DNA of 63,135 bases, filler included, from Globobulimina sp. (taxonomy: Eukaryota): the NCBI GenBank assembly GCA_003354225.1. It is 30 parts of 30 records of this genome, joined end to end, with 100 filler letters (N's around TTAATTAATTAA, not from the genome) between each part and the next. Parts side by side here need not be neighbours in the genome. Positions count along the whole stretch, not along the records: positions 35,850 to 37,856 come from PIVH01009797.1; positions 37,957 to 39,963 come from PIVH01009798.1; positions 40,064 to 42,070 come from PIVH01009799.1; positions 42,171 to 44,177 come from PIVH01009800.1; positions 44,278 to 46,284 come from PIVH01009801.1; positions 46,385 to 48,391 come from PIVH01009802.1; 24 more parts are not named here. One strand, written 5' to 3'. Position 1 is the first letter of the stretch. Every line of letters begins with the position of its first letter. A program made the translations under genes and the position numbers. Positions 35,850-48,391 of this stretch are shown here, in pieces. Below the pieces are notes generated by a model. It did not search any database and was not told the DNA's origin. It worked only from the letters and a program-made list of their open reading frames with translations.

Positions 35850-37086
35850 TCAGGAGAAGTATCAAATGCATACAAAGTATGGCCAGCATCATATTCTTCA
35901 TACGTAACTGGTCCTAGTTCGGAGCCACCTGTAGTTTGTCCAAATTCTTTGAACAGTCCATAATATGCGTCCATGTAAATATTTTTTCTATAATCCATTA
36001 CATATCCGCCTCGGTATGGTTTGTCAACAGAGTTTACACGGACAACAATGTTATCAACATTATAAGGAATAAAGTTTAATCTGTTTTCCTTATAGTCTCC
36101 ATTATATGCTGTTTCTGTCAACAGTCCAACTACTACTCTTTTTGGTAGAACTCCACTTGCTATAGTTACAGGTCCAAAATAACTAAGTGTTTTTTCATGT
36201 ATCATGTGTAACAAATCTCTGTGAATGTATGGATACACAGAATTTGATACTGCTGTTTGTTTTGGTCTTATCCTACCTACTTCCAATTTGGCATCTTCAA
36301 TTTCAATAATATATTCACGTTTTGGGTTGGCTGCAGGCCAATTAGCAAGGATGCATGCTTTTGGATCATGAATAAAAAAATTTAGACCGATATCGACACC
36401 ATCAAGAATTGGTTTGTAGACCTTTAGACAATCGATTAAGATTTGTCCTTTCAATTCACAGGTTGATGATTTATCTGTTCGATTGGCTCTTTTGTAAGAA
36501 CCAGGGTTAAGTGTAGCGTTGCCCATATTAACTAAATTAAAACCTCCAGGTTTGTCTCCATACCAAAGCGCTGATGTGGATAGTGTATCCTTTGTTGAAT
36601 GAGGAACATGGAGCAGTAGCGATAAATATGCAAGATGTTGATACTGTTGATGGGTTGTGTAAACTGTTACACCATTAAAATCAACACTTATGTCCTAGAA
36701 ATATTACGATTTACTCTGCAATATTATCATCTCATAGAACCAAACCTTAAACATTGTGTAAAGGAAACCATTGTAAGGTGCAACATTTTCGCCTTCCTCC
36801 AGTCGTTTCAGCTCTCCTCCATCTCCTTTTCTCCAAATTTTAAATTGTAAGTAAAGGACGATATTATTAGTATCAATAAATTCTCCTTTTATTGACCTTA
36901 TTAAATATTTGAAAGGTGCATCAGATCCTCGCAACGGTAGTTTTGTTATGCATGGCACCAATTCTATTGTATAATTTTCTATCATATCCTTGCGTATTTT
37001 TTCATTAGGGATCTAAAAAATAAATCTATTTTTGCGGATATGTTTGATTAATTCAAACCTACCAGATTATTTGTCTTTACAACCAT
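35850..37086 (-). CDS. Polinton/adintovirus-type major capsid protein (double jelly-roll), introns 37013-37062 and 36695-36745, 3' partial
   Basis: Spliced product MVVKTNNL|IPNEKIRKDMIE...EFIDTNNIVLYLQFKI...VAPYNGFLYTMFK|DISVDFNG...LAYLSLLL...LWYGDKPG...ELKGQILIDCL...LPKRVVVGL...AYNGDYKENRLNF...AYYGLF...EYDAGHTLYAFDTSP follows the Maverick/Polinton MCP motif order. Confidence 0.85.
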
Positions 37087-37437
37087 TTTGTAGATTGAAC
37101 TATTTCTTAATTTTCTTTGTCGGTGGTTTATATGAACTTTTATCTGAACCTTCACTTGATTTGGGATATTTTCGCCTTTTAAAGTTTGTTTTATTTAGTA
37201 ATGTTATAAAATAAACAAAGTGTGACAATCTATATTTTAGCAGATCATCACCGCGTGGTAGTAGCATGAAGTAAATTAACAATGATCATCATGTGATTGC
37301 TAGGCTACAGTTGCATCATCATTTTTCATCACAAAACTACGATGAATGATGATTGCTCATCATTTTGTTATAATGAATTTCTTTTATTAATACTTCATAC
37401 TGAGGTATTTGCGGTAGGATAGACTGATGTTTTTAAA

Positions 37438-37856
37438 ATGACTGATTCGGTTTACATGTACTTATCAAATTCTAATGATGTCAACAATACGAATAAAGCT
37501 TCTGCTGTTAATTTTATCCCATTTTATTCACCGCTACTTAACCAAGGTCAATGGAAAGTTGCAGCTTTGCATGGTAAAATATCTAAAACATGGAACACCG
37601 TTATAAATGCTAGCTGTAAACTTGAACAGATAACAAAGGATGGTGAAATAATAACTATTGATCTTAACATAAATGATCAAAGGTTAGTAAAAGTGTCAGA
37701 AATGACTGCAAAATTGCGGGAAGATTTGTCGAATAAATTAAAGGATATTGATCAAGAAACTGATGAGTGGGTAAAATTTGGAGGGTCTGGGCCTGCTTCC
37801 CGGAAGATTGCAGTGCAACCAGGAATCAAAATTATATTCTCTAATTCTTTACAGAA
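37438..37856 (+). CDS. Polinton/adintovirus-type minor capsid (penton-like) protein, 3' partial
   Basis: VYMYLSNSN...N...NF...PLLNQGQWKVAAL...KTWNTV resembles the FYxTLPSNS..N..F..LxGxWEVAL..PxTWxN penton N-terminus; divergent from the MCP gene on the same contig. Confidence 0.65.
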
Positions 37857-38487
37857 NNNNNNNNNNNNNNNNNNNNNNNNNNNNNNNNNNNNNNNNNNNN
37901 TTAATTAATTAANNNNNNNNNNNNNNNNNNNNNNNNNNNNNNNNNNNNNNNNNNNNATCAAAATAAACAATATTGTCTTTTTCGGTACAAATATCGGGAA
38001 AACCATAGAAACTATCAAAGCCATAAACACGCTTGTCAGAGCCGAGTTCCTTTAGTAGCAATGCAGTTGATAAAAGAGATTTACCATTAAGAGTTGAATT
38101 AGTTGCTCAGGATATCCTGAGTAGTAATAAGGCTGAAGCAAAGTAGTATGTAATGAGGATACAGTTCTTAGTAACGCTATATCCTGGCACCTAAAGCGAA
38201 TATGCGTGCAGCAAAGGTAATAATAAAAAGCATTATAATTTATGAATAATTAGGTAAAAAAAGAATCATCACACAAAGAGAGAATGAAATCAATGAATAG
38301 AAATATATACTATATACTATGTAGAAAAGCACAAAAAAATTTAAAAATTTAGATGGTAAATGCCTGAAACAAACAGATGATCGAATACTATTTTACTATA
38401 TAAAAAAAACAACGTAAGAAAAAAATTTAATAATTTTTATTTAATATATTAACAAATTTATTTTAATTTAATTTAACGTAATTTAAT

Positions 38488-39963
38488 TTACTGCGACCAT
38501 TGTGGAGTATGGGCGTAATTATAATAATTTTCCTCCCAAACACCGCCTTGATCGTTTTTATTGATGCGTTCATTGTCCATGTCGCCGTTATGCGGTTTCC
38601 ACGGAATCCAAAATTTGCCGCCAGTCGGTTTGTTGCGGAATCGGTCCATTTTATCCTGTTTGGTGTTGCGAATAATTTCACCTAATCGCATTTTGGGATC
38701 AGCCACAACGGGAACTCGGTAATAATGATTGATTTGAATGCCGCGCGCATTGTACACTGGCTCGGGATGTTCGGGCTGCACATTGTAATCAGCAGACACG
38801 CCCTTCGATAAGATCTCGAATTTATGCTTCTTGCCAGCTCGCAATTTGGCTCTGATGGCTTCGGGAATGGGCACTTTGGCGCTGAAGTGATACCAGCCCC
38901 ATTGGCACATTCGGCGCTCTTTTTTGCGTAAATCGGCCGGTTTATACAACTCTGAGCCAACGAAGGAGTCGCCGCCATCTATGCTCACATCCACGCGATG
39001 CACATTGCGGCCGCCGCCACTCCACGCCACGCCTTTCACCTCCACGAACTCCATGTTCTTGCCGCCGATGGTCGCGTTTGGCGGCGGGTTGCAGACAATG
39101 GATTGGATCGGCTGTTCCAGGGCAATGGGCGCGATATTTGGCTGCAAACCCGATTTGGGGTCGTGTCGCAAGTGCACTTTGTCCGCCTTCTCCCATAAAT
39201 ACAAGTCATCCTCGAACGAGATATCGGGCGAAAAGCCTCGGTACGCGTTCTCGTGCCATGGCTTCATCGAAGTGTTGTACTCCAACGACACCTCCTTGAT
39301 CCATTTGCAGTTTCTGGCGCCGGCAAAGCCAGGAACTAAGGCTCGAACTGGATAGCCATGGTCCCGCGGCAGAGGGAGTCCGTTCATCTCGTACGCCAAT
39401 AATACGTCGCCGCGCCCATCCACCGCCTTATCCAAAGGGATCGAGACCCCGTACTCCAAGCCAGTTTCGTCCGTATCCGTGCCCGTAAAATGAAAATGAG
39501 CGCCAAACCCAGTTCCCTCGCCATACGGCGTGTTGCCCAAAGCCAAGTTATCGACATCCAAACCGCAGTCCGCCAACACGTCTCGCAATCGACAGCCGCC
39601 CCATTTCGCGCACGATATGGCGCCGACCACCCAATGCGGCCCAATAAATATCTGATTGATGCCGGAGCCGTCGCGTTTGGGTAAACCATGGAAGTCTTCT
39701 CGCCGATTACCAGCACATTGCAACGGAGACACAACTTCGTGTTTTTTGAATTTCGTTTTCAACTCTTTTAATGAGTACGTTTTGCTTCTTTTGATGCCTT
39801 GGCCTGTTATTATATTGTATGTAGTTATTTTATTATAATTTTATATTTATTTAGACATTCTTTACCTGCATGCACTTCAAACTCATACTCGTCCGCATCG
39901 ATGCGTGGCACTGGTAAATGGTTGCGAGTATAATGTAAATGGTTCGGCGTATAATATTTCTCA
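38488..39963 (-). CDS. SUOX: Sulfite oxidase (Moco and dimerisation domains), 5' partial; intron 39804-39865
   Basis: YTPNHLHYTRNHLPVP, LQCAGNRR (Mo-ligating Cys), LAYEMNGLPLPRDHGYPVR, GARNCKW, KGVAWSGGGRNVHRVDVSIDGG. Confidence 0.9.
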
Positions 39964-40786
39964 NNNNNNNNNNNNNNNNNNNNNNNNNNNNNNNNNNNNN
40001 NNNNNNNTTAATTAATTAANNNNNNNNNNNNNNNNNNNNNNNNNNNNNNNNNNNNNNNNNNNNTACGTCGGAAAAACACATTTTAAAATTCAATTGGAAT
40101 GTTCATTCGACTGTAAGTTCTAATAATTATAAATCAATTATTATTTATCAACATTTGTTTATGGTAATTCGTGGAGGAATGATAAGTTTTTATGATGTAA
40201 ATATAGATAAATACTTTGAATGTAATAACATTTTGCCTGGTTCGCCAACTGCTATATTTTGTGATATTGTAGACACAAAAGATAATTATATACATTTTTT
40301 GGGTGGGAAAGCAAATGAATCTGAAGTGTATCACATTAAATTCAATTTATCCCATTTATTACCAAAAGAATTGATTAATTGTTATAAATATAAATTAGTG
40401 TATCGCTATGTAAATGGATTAATTACAGAGTTTAAATTGAATGAGAAATATCCACAACATTTATCACAGATTATATGGTCATATTGTCAGTTATTGTGCT
40501 ATTGATTTTTTTATAAAATTGTTTGTGTGACATTTCCCATTATCTTTTAAAGTTTTTTTCACTTAATCTGCAAAATTACTCAAGTGATCATGACACCCAA
40601 AAACGGGGTCTCACGAATATAAATAATTTAAGATGGATGGAAAAGATGAAAATAAAGAAGAGAAAAAAGAGGAAGAAAACAAACAAAAAGATATTCATAT
40701 TTCCGAGAAACGGCAACAACGCAAGTATACGTCTAACATAACTATAATCATTCCAACATAACAAAAACATATACAAAATATATAGC

Positions 40787-42070
40787 AAAAAAAAAAACAA
40801 TAACAACGTTTCAAATACCAACCCCTAACCCATCAATATCCGATCCATCCGTCAAACCAAAAAGGCTCAAATACCAAGTCGCGCAAAATAAGGGAGAGAT
40901 TTTCGAACTATTCACATGGTTAAAACCGACAAAAATATTAGGTCGAGGTGCCTATGCCACCATTTGCGAGGTAATCGATCAACGCACAAATAAGAAATAT
41001 GCGATTAAAAAGAGTTGCAATGTATTCAGTGCCGATATCGATGCGCGCAGAATATTGAGGTATGCTTTGAACGTACAAAAAACATCTGTTTATCAAACAT
41101 TTATCAAACCTCTGTTTTATATTTGTATGAACTGTTTTTATAAGTATCTGACTATTAAAATGACTATTTTTTATACGGAACTCAGGGAAATTAAACTGAT
41201 GATACATTTCAATCATCCAAATGTAATGAGTATATGCGGCGTAATACCCCCTACGCCGCAGGAAAGAGATACGTTCGATGAGTGCTATTTGATTATGCCT
41301 AAAATGGACACGACATTATCAAAAGTCATTAAATCGCCACAGAAATTATCTGAGAAACATATCCAATATTTTGTGTATCAAATTGCGCGCGGATTGGAAT
41401 ATATGCATTCCGGAGGCATCATTCACAGAGACTTAAAGGTATAGCATTACTTACATTCATTTGTGTTACTTACATCACTGTCATACCCAACCAATATAAG
41501 CCCGACAATATATTAGTAAATACTGCAAATTGTAAGGTGAAAATAACAGGTTTGCGCCTATACATTTTCGTATAGCATTTCCATCATATTTCCCCAACAG
41601 ATTTTGGATTGGCGCGTGGGGTCTTAATCGATGTAGATTCGCCGCAAAAACTGACAGAATACGTAGTAACGCGATGGTATCGTGCACCGGAAGTGATGTG
41701 TTGTTCGCAATTATACGACTATCAGATTGATACGTGGGCGTTGGGCTGTATTACCGCAGAATTATATACGCGGAAAGCTATATTTCAGGGAAAAAATCAC
41801 ATCGAACAGTTGCAATATATATTTTATTTCATGGGCACACCCACGGATTTGTCGTGGATTACGAGCGAGGACGCAAAGGAATGGATTGCGAACATAAAAC
41901 CCAAGAAAGCGATGGATTTATGCAACATAATACCCAATGCGGCGCCCATAGCGCAGGATTTCATTGCAAAGCTATTGATTATTAATCCGCATAAAAGGCC
42001 GGATATCAGCACCGCCATCAAACATGTATGGATGAAGGAGTTTGCCATTGATAAGGATTATGTCAAGTTT
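40787..42070 (+). CDS. ERK-type MAP kinase (TEY), partial; introns 41060-41185, 41439-41500, 41550-41600
   Basis: LGRGAYA, YAIKK, RRILR|EIKLM, HRDLK|PDNIL, IT|DFGLARG, LTEYVVTRWYRAPE. Confidence 0.92.
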
Positions 42071-42171
42071 NNNNNNNNNNNNNNNNNNNNNNNNNNNNNN
42101 NNNNNNNNNNNNNNTTAATTAATTAANNNNNNNNNNNNNNNNNNNNNNNNNNNNNNNNNNNNNNNNNNNNT

Positions 42172-44138
42172 GCATTTCCTTTATGTTTATTTATGTTAAT
42201 TATAATCGTATTAAAAACACGTAAAATTAATGATCAATTTAAAATTGGTACAGAATTGAAATATTTATCCATATTCATCATAATATCCATATTATCGTTT
42301 GTTGTAATTTCCGTTTAAAAAGAATTGAAATATAATCTAAATATTGACGTTTTTATTAATATGAACATCGTAATATATATATCAGATATTTTGTATTCAT
42401 ATTGTACTGTTCACATCCAATGTCAATGGGTTATCAATCAATCAATAAAATATCGCAAATCTTTATATATTCGCAAACCTAGTTTACGCAGACAAAGCTC
42501 AAAAACAATAAAATTGATTGATGTCTTAAAATCCGAATATGGCTTCAAAGCGTTTATAAATCATTGTTGCAAAGAATTAAATGTGGAAAATATCTTATTT
42601 CTCATCGAAATCGCACAATATAAAGCTACGTTACTTAGATATCATGTGGGCGAAGAAGCAGTTGCACACAATTTCATCGAGTTCAGTTTCTGTTTTTTTA
42701 AATTTAATTAACGTTTATGTACATAAATAACAGTGTATTCACCGACAATTTACACAAAACAATATTGGATGCAAACCCAATGCAACCAACGCCATTATTT
42801 TCCGGTCATAGACAGAGTTCAAACTCTATGAATAAGTCAGTATCTACATCTGGATTACCAACCAAATTGAAATTAAATTTAATGTCAGAGAGTTTGAGAA
42901 ATCTAACTGGCAGTAAACAAGAAGATATTTTTCAGGAATTCCATGATAATATATTATCACAACAATGGTTACCATGTGCTAAACAATTAAGACCAGGTAT
43001 TTTATTTGTATATGTACAGCGTTTTTGTGTGAATGTAAATATACATACAAACACAAAAAACATGGAAATAATTATGTTACTTTGCATACTGTGTTTCCAC
43101 TCTCTCTGATTATTCAAAAACGTTTTGCTAAACTATAGTCCTCACTTAAAATTAGAAAATGCGGAGAAAGTTAAAAAAGAGAAATCTAATATTTCTATAT
43201 CAATTGCAATGATAAATACAATGAATCTCGATGCAGGAACAACAAAGAAGACGATGAATAATATCAGTAATCCAGATACGCCACACTTGACAGTGAACAA
43301 TGTTTTAAGTTTAAGCAAAGTCTCGCGATCCAATTCTAGAGATAGTGTAACAGGGAAACTATCGCGATCGCGATCACGAAGTAATTCATCCATGACTTCA
43401 ACTGCCCCTCCAGCCATACAATTGGTACGTAGAGATAGCGAATTTGAAGAAGATATTGCAGTCAATGTGAATGCAAACACGAATATGACGAAAATATCAA
43501 AGAAATATAATAAACAATGTACAGTGTCCAATGAGTGGATCTTTATATATTCTATGTATTTATTTAATAAATATATAGCAAGAAATAGTGAATTTTCTGT
43601 CAACTTACCCTATTTTGTTCGGTCACAATTGATACAGTTTTCCAACATGGAAATGGATGACTGTTTTAATAATATTTGGTTGCCAAATAATAAAATGGAT
43701 CAATTGTTGACGGAGAATGAAAGAAATATGTTATTTGCTGATAAGTCATATTTTAAAAATTTATTAATTAAAACATTTTTATATCATATATTTGATATTT
43801 CCTTTAAATACATTTGGTCGTTGATCAGAGATGATACATTTGTGCGCTTTCAAATGACTGAAGAATATAAAAAAATTGAACCAAAAAATAATAAAAATAA
43901 AAAGAAATCGCGGCCATCACCAAATGGTACACCAAGATCAAAATATTCCCGATCCAGATCTGCCAATAATTCACCAAATTTAACGCCAAAAGATTCGCCA
44001 AATTTAACACCACAATATTCACCAAATAATTCACCGAAGTTATCGTATGGATCAACACATCCTTCATTCCAATTGAATAATGTTCAAAGTGGGCATGGCA
44101 AACTTGATGAAATTAATGTTTGTGAAAATAATATATAA
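42172..44138 (+). CDS. Transmembrane-RGS (7TM-RGS-like) protein, 5' partial, multi-exon, in-frame TAA at 42316
   Basis: TM helices with KINDQFKIGTELK; RGS N-part LIDVLKSEYGFKAFINHCCKELNVENILFL; RGS C-part FNKYIARNSEFSVNL...IFD...LIRDDTFVRF. Confidence 0.8.
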
Positions 44139-44616
44139 AGTGTTATATTACATTTTTGTGATATTTCTCATATATTTNNNNNNNNNNNNNNNNNNNNNNN
44201 NNNNNNNNNNNNNNNNNNNNNTTAATTAATTAANNNNNNNNNNNNNNNNNNNNNNNNNNNNNNNNNNNNNNNNNNNNTGGTGATGATGGCACTTGTATGG
44301 ACACCGGCATGGACAAGTTTGTGAATCAATACCGAGAACAATTACAACACGATCCTGATGCTACAAACGTTAACAGCTTTGTATTTCGAACATAAATATT
44401 TAAAAAGTAACTTGATTCATACAGCACTTAAGCAATCAGAACACCACAAAACCAACAAATCAAATATCAAACTATTTTACAATAAAACCGAAACCAACAC
44501 CAAATTCAATATCCATTGATTGTTCATCTGATGAAGATCAAGATGATGACATTCAAATCTGTAATGATGATAAAAACGAAGATATCCAATTATTATCAAA
44601 TAGAAATTCAAAGGAA

Positions 44617-46284
44617 ATGAAGAATTCAAAGAAAATGAAGCAAAAATCATTAACACAATTTTTAAAAAATACGGACGAAATTAGGGAAGAAAAGCAGTTA
44701 TCAGACTATGATGTGAATAATTATTTATCTGTAGCACCATTAATGAATGAAAGACATTTATTGGAATTATCGGAATTATGTGGATTACGAAATAATGGAT
44801 CAGCGCAAAGACTGAATCAAATTTATTTGGCAAAGCGTCATAATATAAATACAGATATATTATATCGAAGACATTTACATTTAATCATAAACAATAACAA
44901 TTTACATCGATTACCAATAAAACATCCATTATCACCTCACTCCGATTATAATCAATCAAATTTCGATTACATTTCCAACATAAAATTCGATAAAATTGGC
45001 AGTCTATTCGCCGCATGTTCGACCAATGGAAAAATTGAAATATTTGATTTTGATAATTTTATATCGAAATGGAACATGAAAATACGAATGAAATACAACA
45101 CTGACATCATAAAACTGAGCACAAAACGACCGGAAATGGAGAATGATGAGAATGTGGAGGAGGATAACAATGAAAATGGCGATATTAATGTTGGCAATGC
45201 GTCGCTAAATAATATCAAAGAGATTGAGATCAACACAGGATTCAAAATTGAAGATCTGGAGTGGAATGCAAATAATATGAATGAAATAGCCGTTTGTGGC
45301 CACAATGGCGGCTCATTAAACATTTACGATCTACGCAGAGTTAATAACAAACCACTTTGCAAATTGAAAAGCAATAAATACCATCCATTGCTTACAAATA
45401 AATTTTCATCGCAAGATAACAAGTTTATAAGTTCAGGGGATCGAATGGGGAATGTTTATTGTTGGGATTTGAGGAAAAATCATAAAAATCATAAAAATAC
45501 GCTAAAGTTCAACCCAATTTCAAGCAAACAAACCTCATTAATCGGCGGCGTACAGAGCAATGCCAATAATATGAATTTGAGCAACTTTGCAGTCAAACAC
45601 TTGCATTTCACGCGTGATGGCAATTTGTTATATATTGTTCGCGAGAATGGCTTCATTCAAATCATTGATTTGCGAAAAAATGGCTATGTTTATAAAAACA
45701 TTGACCTATGGCGGTGCTCGTTGACTCACAGTAAGGACGGAAATAATAACAGCAAATATCGAGCGAGGATCGATGATGGAATCATATTGGAATCGATGAA
45801 CAGCGCAGTGTTGAAGTTGGAGAATAACTCATTGGTCAATATACATTTGGAGAGCGAGACTATTCGTAAAACCTATTCATTCCAGAAAAAAGAAGAGGAA
45901 TTGATAAATGTCTCCTTTTTATCCAAAGTGATGCAACGAAGGATGTGCTCCTTTCGAAATTATGGCATGTCACAGATGATTGTTACCGGCACGTTCAATA
46001 AAGAAATGGCGGCCGTTGACATGTCACCGGAATTTGATATGTATGAATTTGCAAAGGAATGCAAACAAAAAAGACTTGATTTGGGATTAATTGATAAACA
46101 AAATTTGAGCGATGAAAATATATATGAATTGGAACATATGTTCCATACAAAATCATATGGATTGATGGGCAGCACTCAATTAACAGACATGATGACGTGT
46201 TGTAGCTTGCATCCAAAACTGTTGTATACAGTTTGCGGCCCACTCGCCAATTATGTCGAAATTGTTGCTTGTCCTTCTAATCCA
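44617..46284 (+). CDS. WD40-repeat protein, 3' end at contig edge
   Basis: IKFDKIGSLFAACSTNGKIEIFD, LNIYDLR, SSGDRMGNVYCWDLR, GFIQIIDLR. Confidence 0.8.
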
Positions 46285-46658
46285 NNNNNNNNNNNNNNNN
46301 NNNNNNNNNNNNNNNNNNNNNNNNNNNNTTAATTAATTAANNNNNNNNNNNNNNNNNNNNNNNNNNNNNNNNNNNNNNNNNNNNTGTTATATTATCACAA
46401 CATGAATATACACACACAAATGACGAGGAAGATGAAAACTCGCTCAATTCTCTCAATGAACAACAACGACAACGACAACTCAACCATATTGGCAATGATT
46501 CTATTGAATTGGTTGTCGATTCACAAAGATAGTATTAAATTTATTTATTTTTTGTTTTTCAACTTCAAAAACCGAAATACATAATACATTTGATCAGACA
46601 CTGAGCTACATGCTCATATATCTGATCATGATTTGTTTGCTTTATAACGTATAGTTAG

Positions 46659-47559
46659 TTATAAATCCGATGGGCGTTCAAGATTAGGCATTGTCTCCAA
46701 ACAATTATTAATGCTCATTATTTGTAATTGATTCTTGTGATTCTTGTTTGAATTTGAATTTGACTTTGAATTTGAATGTGGACGCCACGCCATTCCATCA
46801 TTGATATTCATATTCATATCATGATCACCTTTAAATTCATCCAATTCCAATGCTTTTTTATTATGTTGAAATAAATTATTTTGAGCATACAATGATAAAT
46901 AAAGTAATTGCTTTTTTTTAATATTTAGTAAAAAATAATCAATGTTCCATAAGCTATGAGGCCTTAAAACTTGCATTACATCGTCGCTTGGTGTGAATGA
47001 ATAAAATTTGCAATTATCTAAATCCATGACAGAATTTATATTTTTCCAAAATGAGTTGATTAGTAAAGGTTTACTTTTTGTTAATGGAGATAACCGCGCA
47101 TTGATTGTCTCATTTATCAGCTGTGGCTTCTCCAAAACAAATTGGTTTGGTTCGCATAGAGTAAAATCAAAATCTGTATAGGTTGTATTTAATGTGGATA
47201 TGAAATATGAGATCAATCGGATTGTTGAGAATTCGTGCAAATTACCAACGGGTACTTGGACCAGCTTATTCAGCTAAGCTTACACATTAATAAAATAAAA
47301 TAAAATATCATTAATAAATTTAGGCAGAAATTTCCATTACCTGTTCTGGATTAACATTGCGGTTTTTGTTTATGTGATGTTGTACCATCTTTTCGTTTGA
47401 ATATTCTCTTTGAAGATGTTTTACCAATTTTTTGTCTTTTTGTACCATTTTTAATGAGTAACAATTCAATCGACCACAAAGGCTGTGATCTCCGAAATTG
47501 ATTCGTTGGAGAGATGCATTCAGACTCTCCAGCGCTGGGATCACTAAGTATTTCACCAT
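46659..47559 (-). CDS. MAF1: Repressor of RNA polymerase III transcription MAF1; intron 47274-47340
   Basis: MVKYL...LNASL...GD...GRLNCYSLKM..KDKKL; YFISTLNTTYTDFDFT; LWNIDYFLLNIKKKQLLY. Confidence 0.88.
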
Positions 47560-47758
47560 TATAAGTAGTAAGCAGAGCTAAGTTTTTAATAAACAGCGGA
47601 AAACGTTTGTAATTATTTTATAATACAATACAACAGACACCACTTTTTGCAGGCAGTGAAGGGGTAGAATTGCCACCAGGTTTTAGGCCATGGCCAGAGC
47701 TCGAGTTTCTCCTCTTTTCTTGCATTAATTCCTCAGCACTTGAATTCATTGCTACATC

Positions 47759-48391
47759 CTATGGTATTGTACATATTATATTTATACTGTATATATTATC
47801 AAAGTACTTAACGTTTTTAACAACAACAGTATCTGTATAACCATGCTCAATTTTGTTTGTTTCCTTAATTTTAGTTTTATGATATTTATTATCATTATTT
47901 GACACAATTTTAGCATTTAAAATGAATTTACCATCATCAATATCAGCAACAGCGTCAATTTTTGTATTTAAATTAATTATTTCATATCCATCTTCGTCAT
48001 AAACTCTACAATGTTTTAATTTTGGTATTTTATTTTTTAAGTATAAAATTGTTGTATGACCGCCAATGCCTTGCAATGTGATGGTGTCTTTTGTCTCATC
48101 GTTATTATTTCCAATGACAATTTGAAGTGTATCAATTTTTTCGGCCTCTTGGTCACTATCAATAGAAAATGTAGCCTTTGTAATGTTTAATTTATTTTGT
48201 GCATCACCAGTATCACCATCCTGTAATTCCGGTTTATAGCTCGTAGTTTGAGTGACAGTGCCACCATCTCCATCATCTTTAATTATAGTCTCCTGAACAG
48301 ATACAACACGCATAACATCTTTATCTGATATTTGTGTTAATTTCGAGTAATCAACTTTTTGCGTTTCCGGTACTGATGCTATTACAATAAA
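47759..48391 (-). CDS. Hypothetical protein fragment
   Basis: Frame open to the contig edge; no clear domain. Confidence 0.4.
   Translation of the reverse strand, partial: FIVIASVPETQKVDYSKLTQISDKDVMRVVSVQETIIKDDGDGGTVTQTTSYKPELQDGDTGDAQNKLNITKATFSIDSDQEAEKIDTLQIVIGNNNDETKDTITLQGIGGHTTILYLKNKIPKLKHCRVYDEDGYEIINLNTKIDAVADIDDGKFILNAKIVSNNDNKYHKTKIKETNKIEHGYTDTVVVKNVKYFDNIYSINIICTIP

Noticed and set aside
37314-37325. CATCATCA as an adenovirus-like genome terminus
   Set aside because: It lies internally between two genes, with no terminal inverted repeat evidence.
38500-39838. Many short overlapping ORFs inside the sulfite oxidase gene
   Set aside because: Expected from high GC and few stop codons.
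33743-39963. Gene clusters across spacers (e.g. capsid genes with neighbouring contigs, or YR 55349 with Pif1 56918)
   Set aside because: Neighbouring contigs are ordered by length only, so linkage cannot be inferred.
42316-42318. In-frame TAA (also at 55198) as evidence for stop-codon reassignment
   Set aside because: Many long ORFs have no internal TAA and several genes end in TAA at expected positions; these are isolated lesions or errors.
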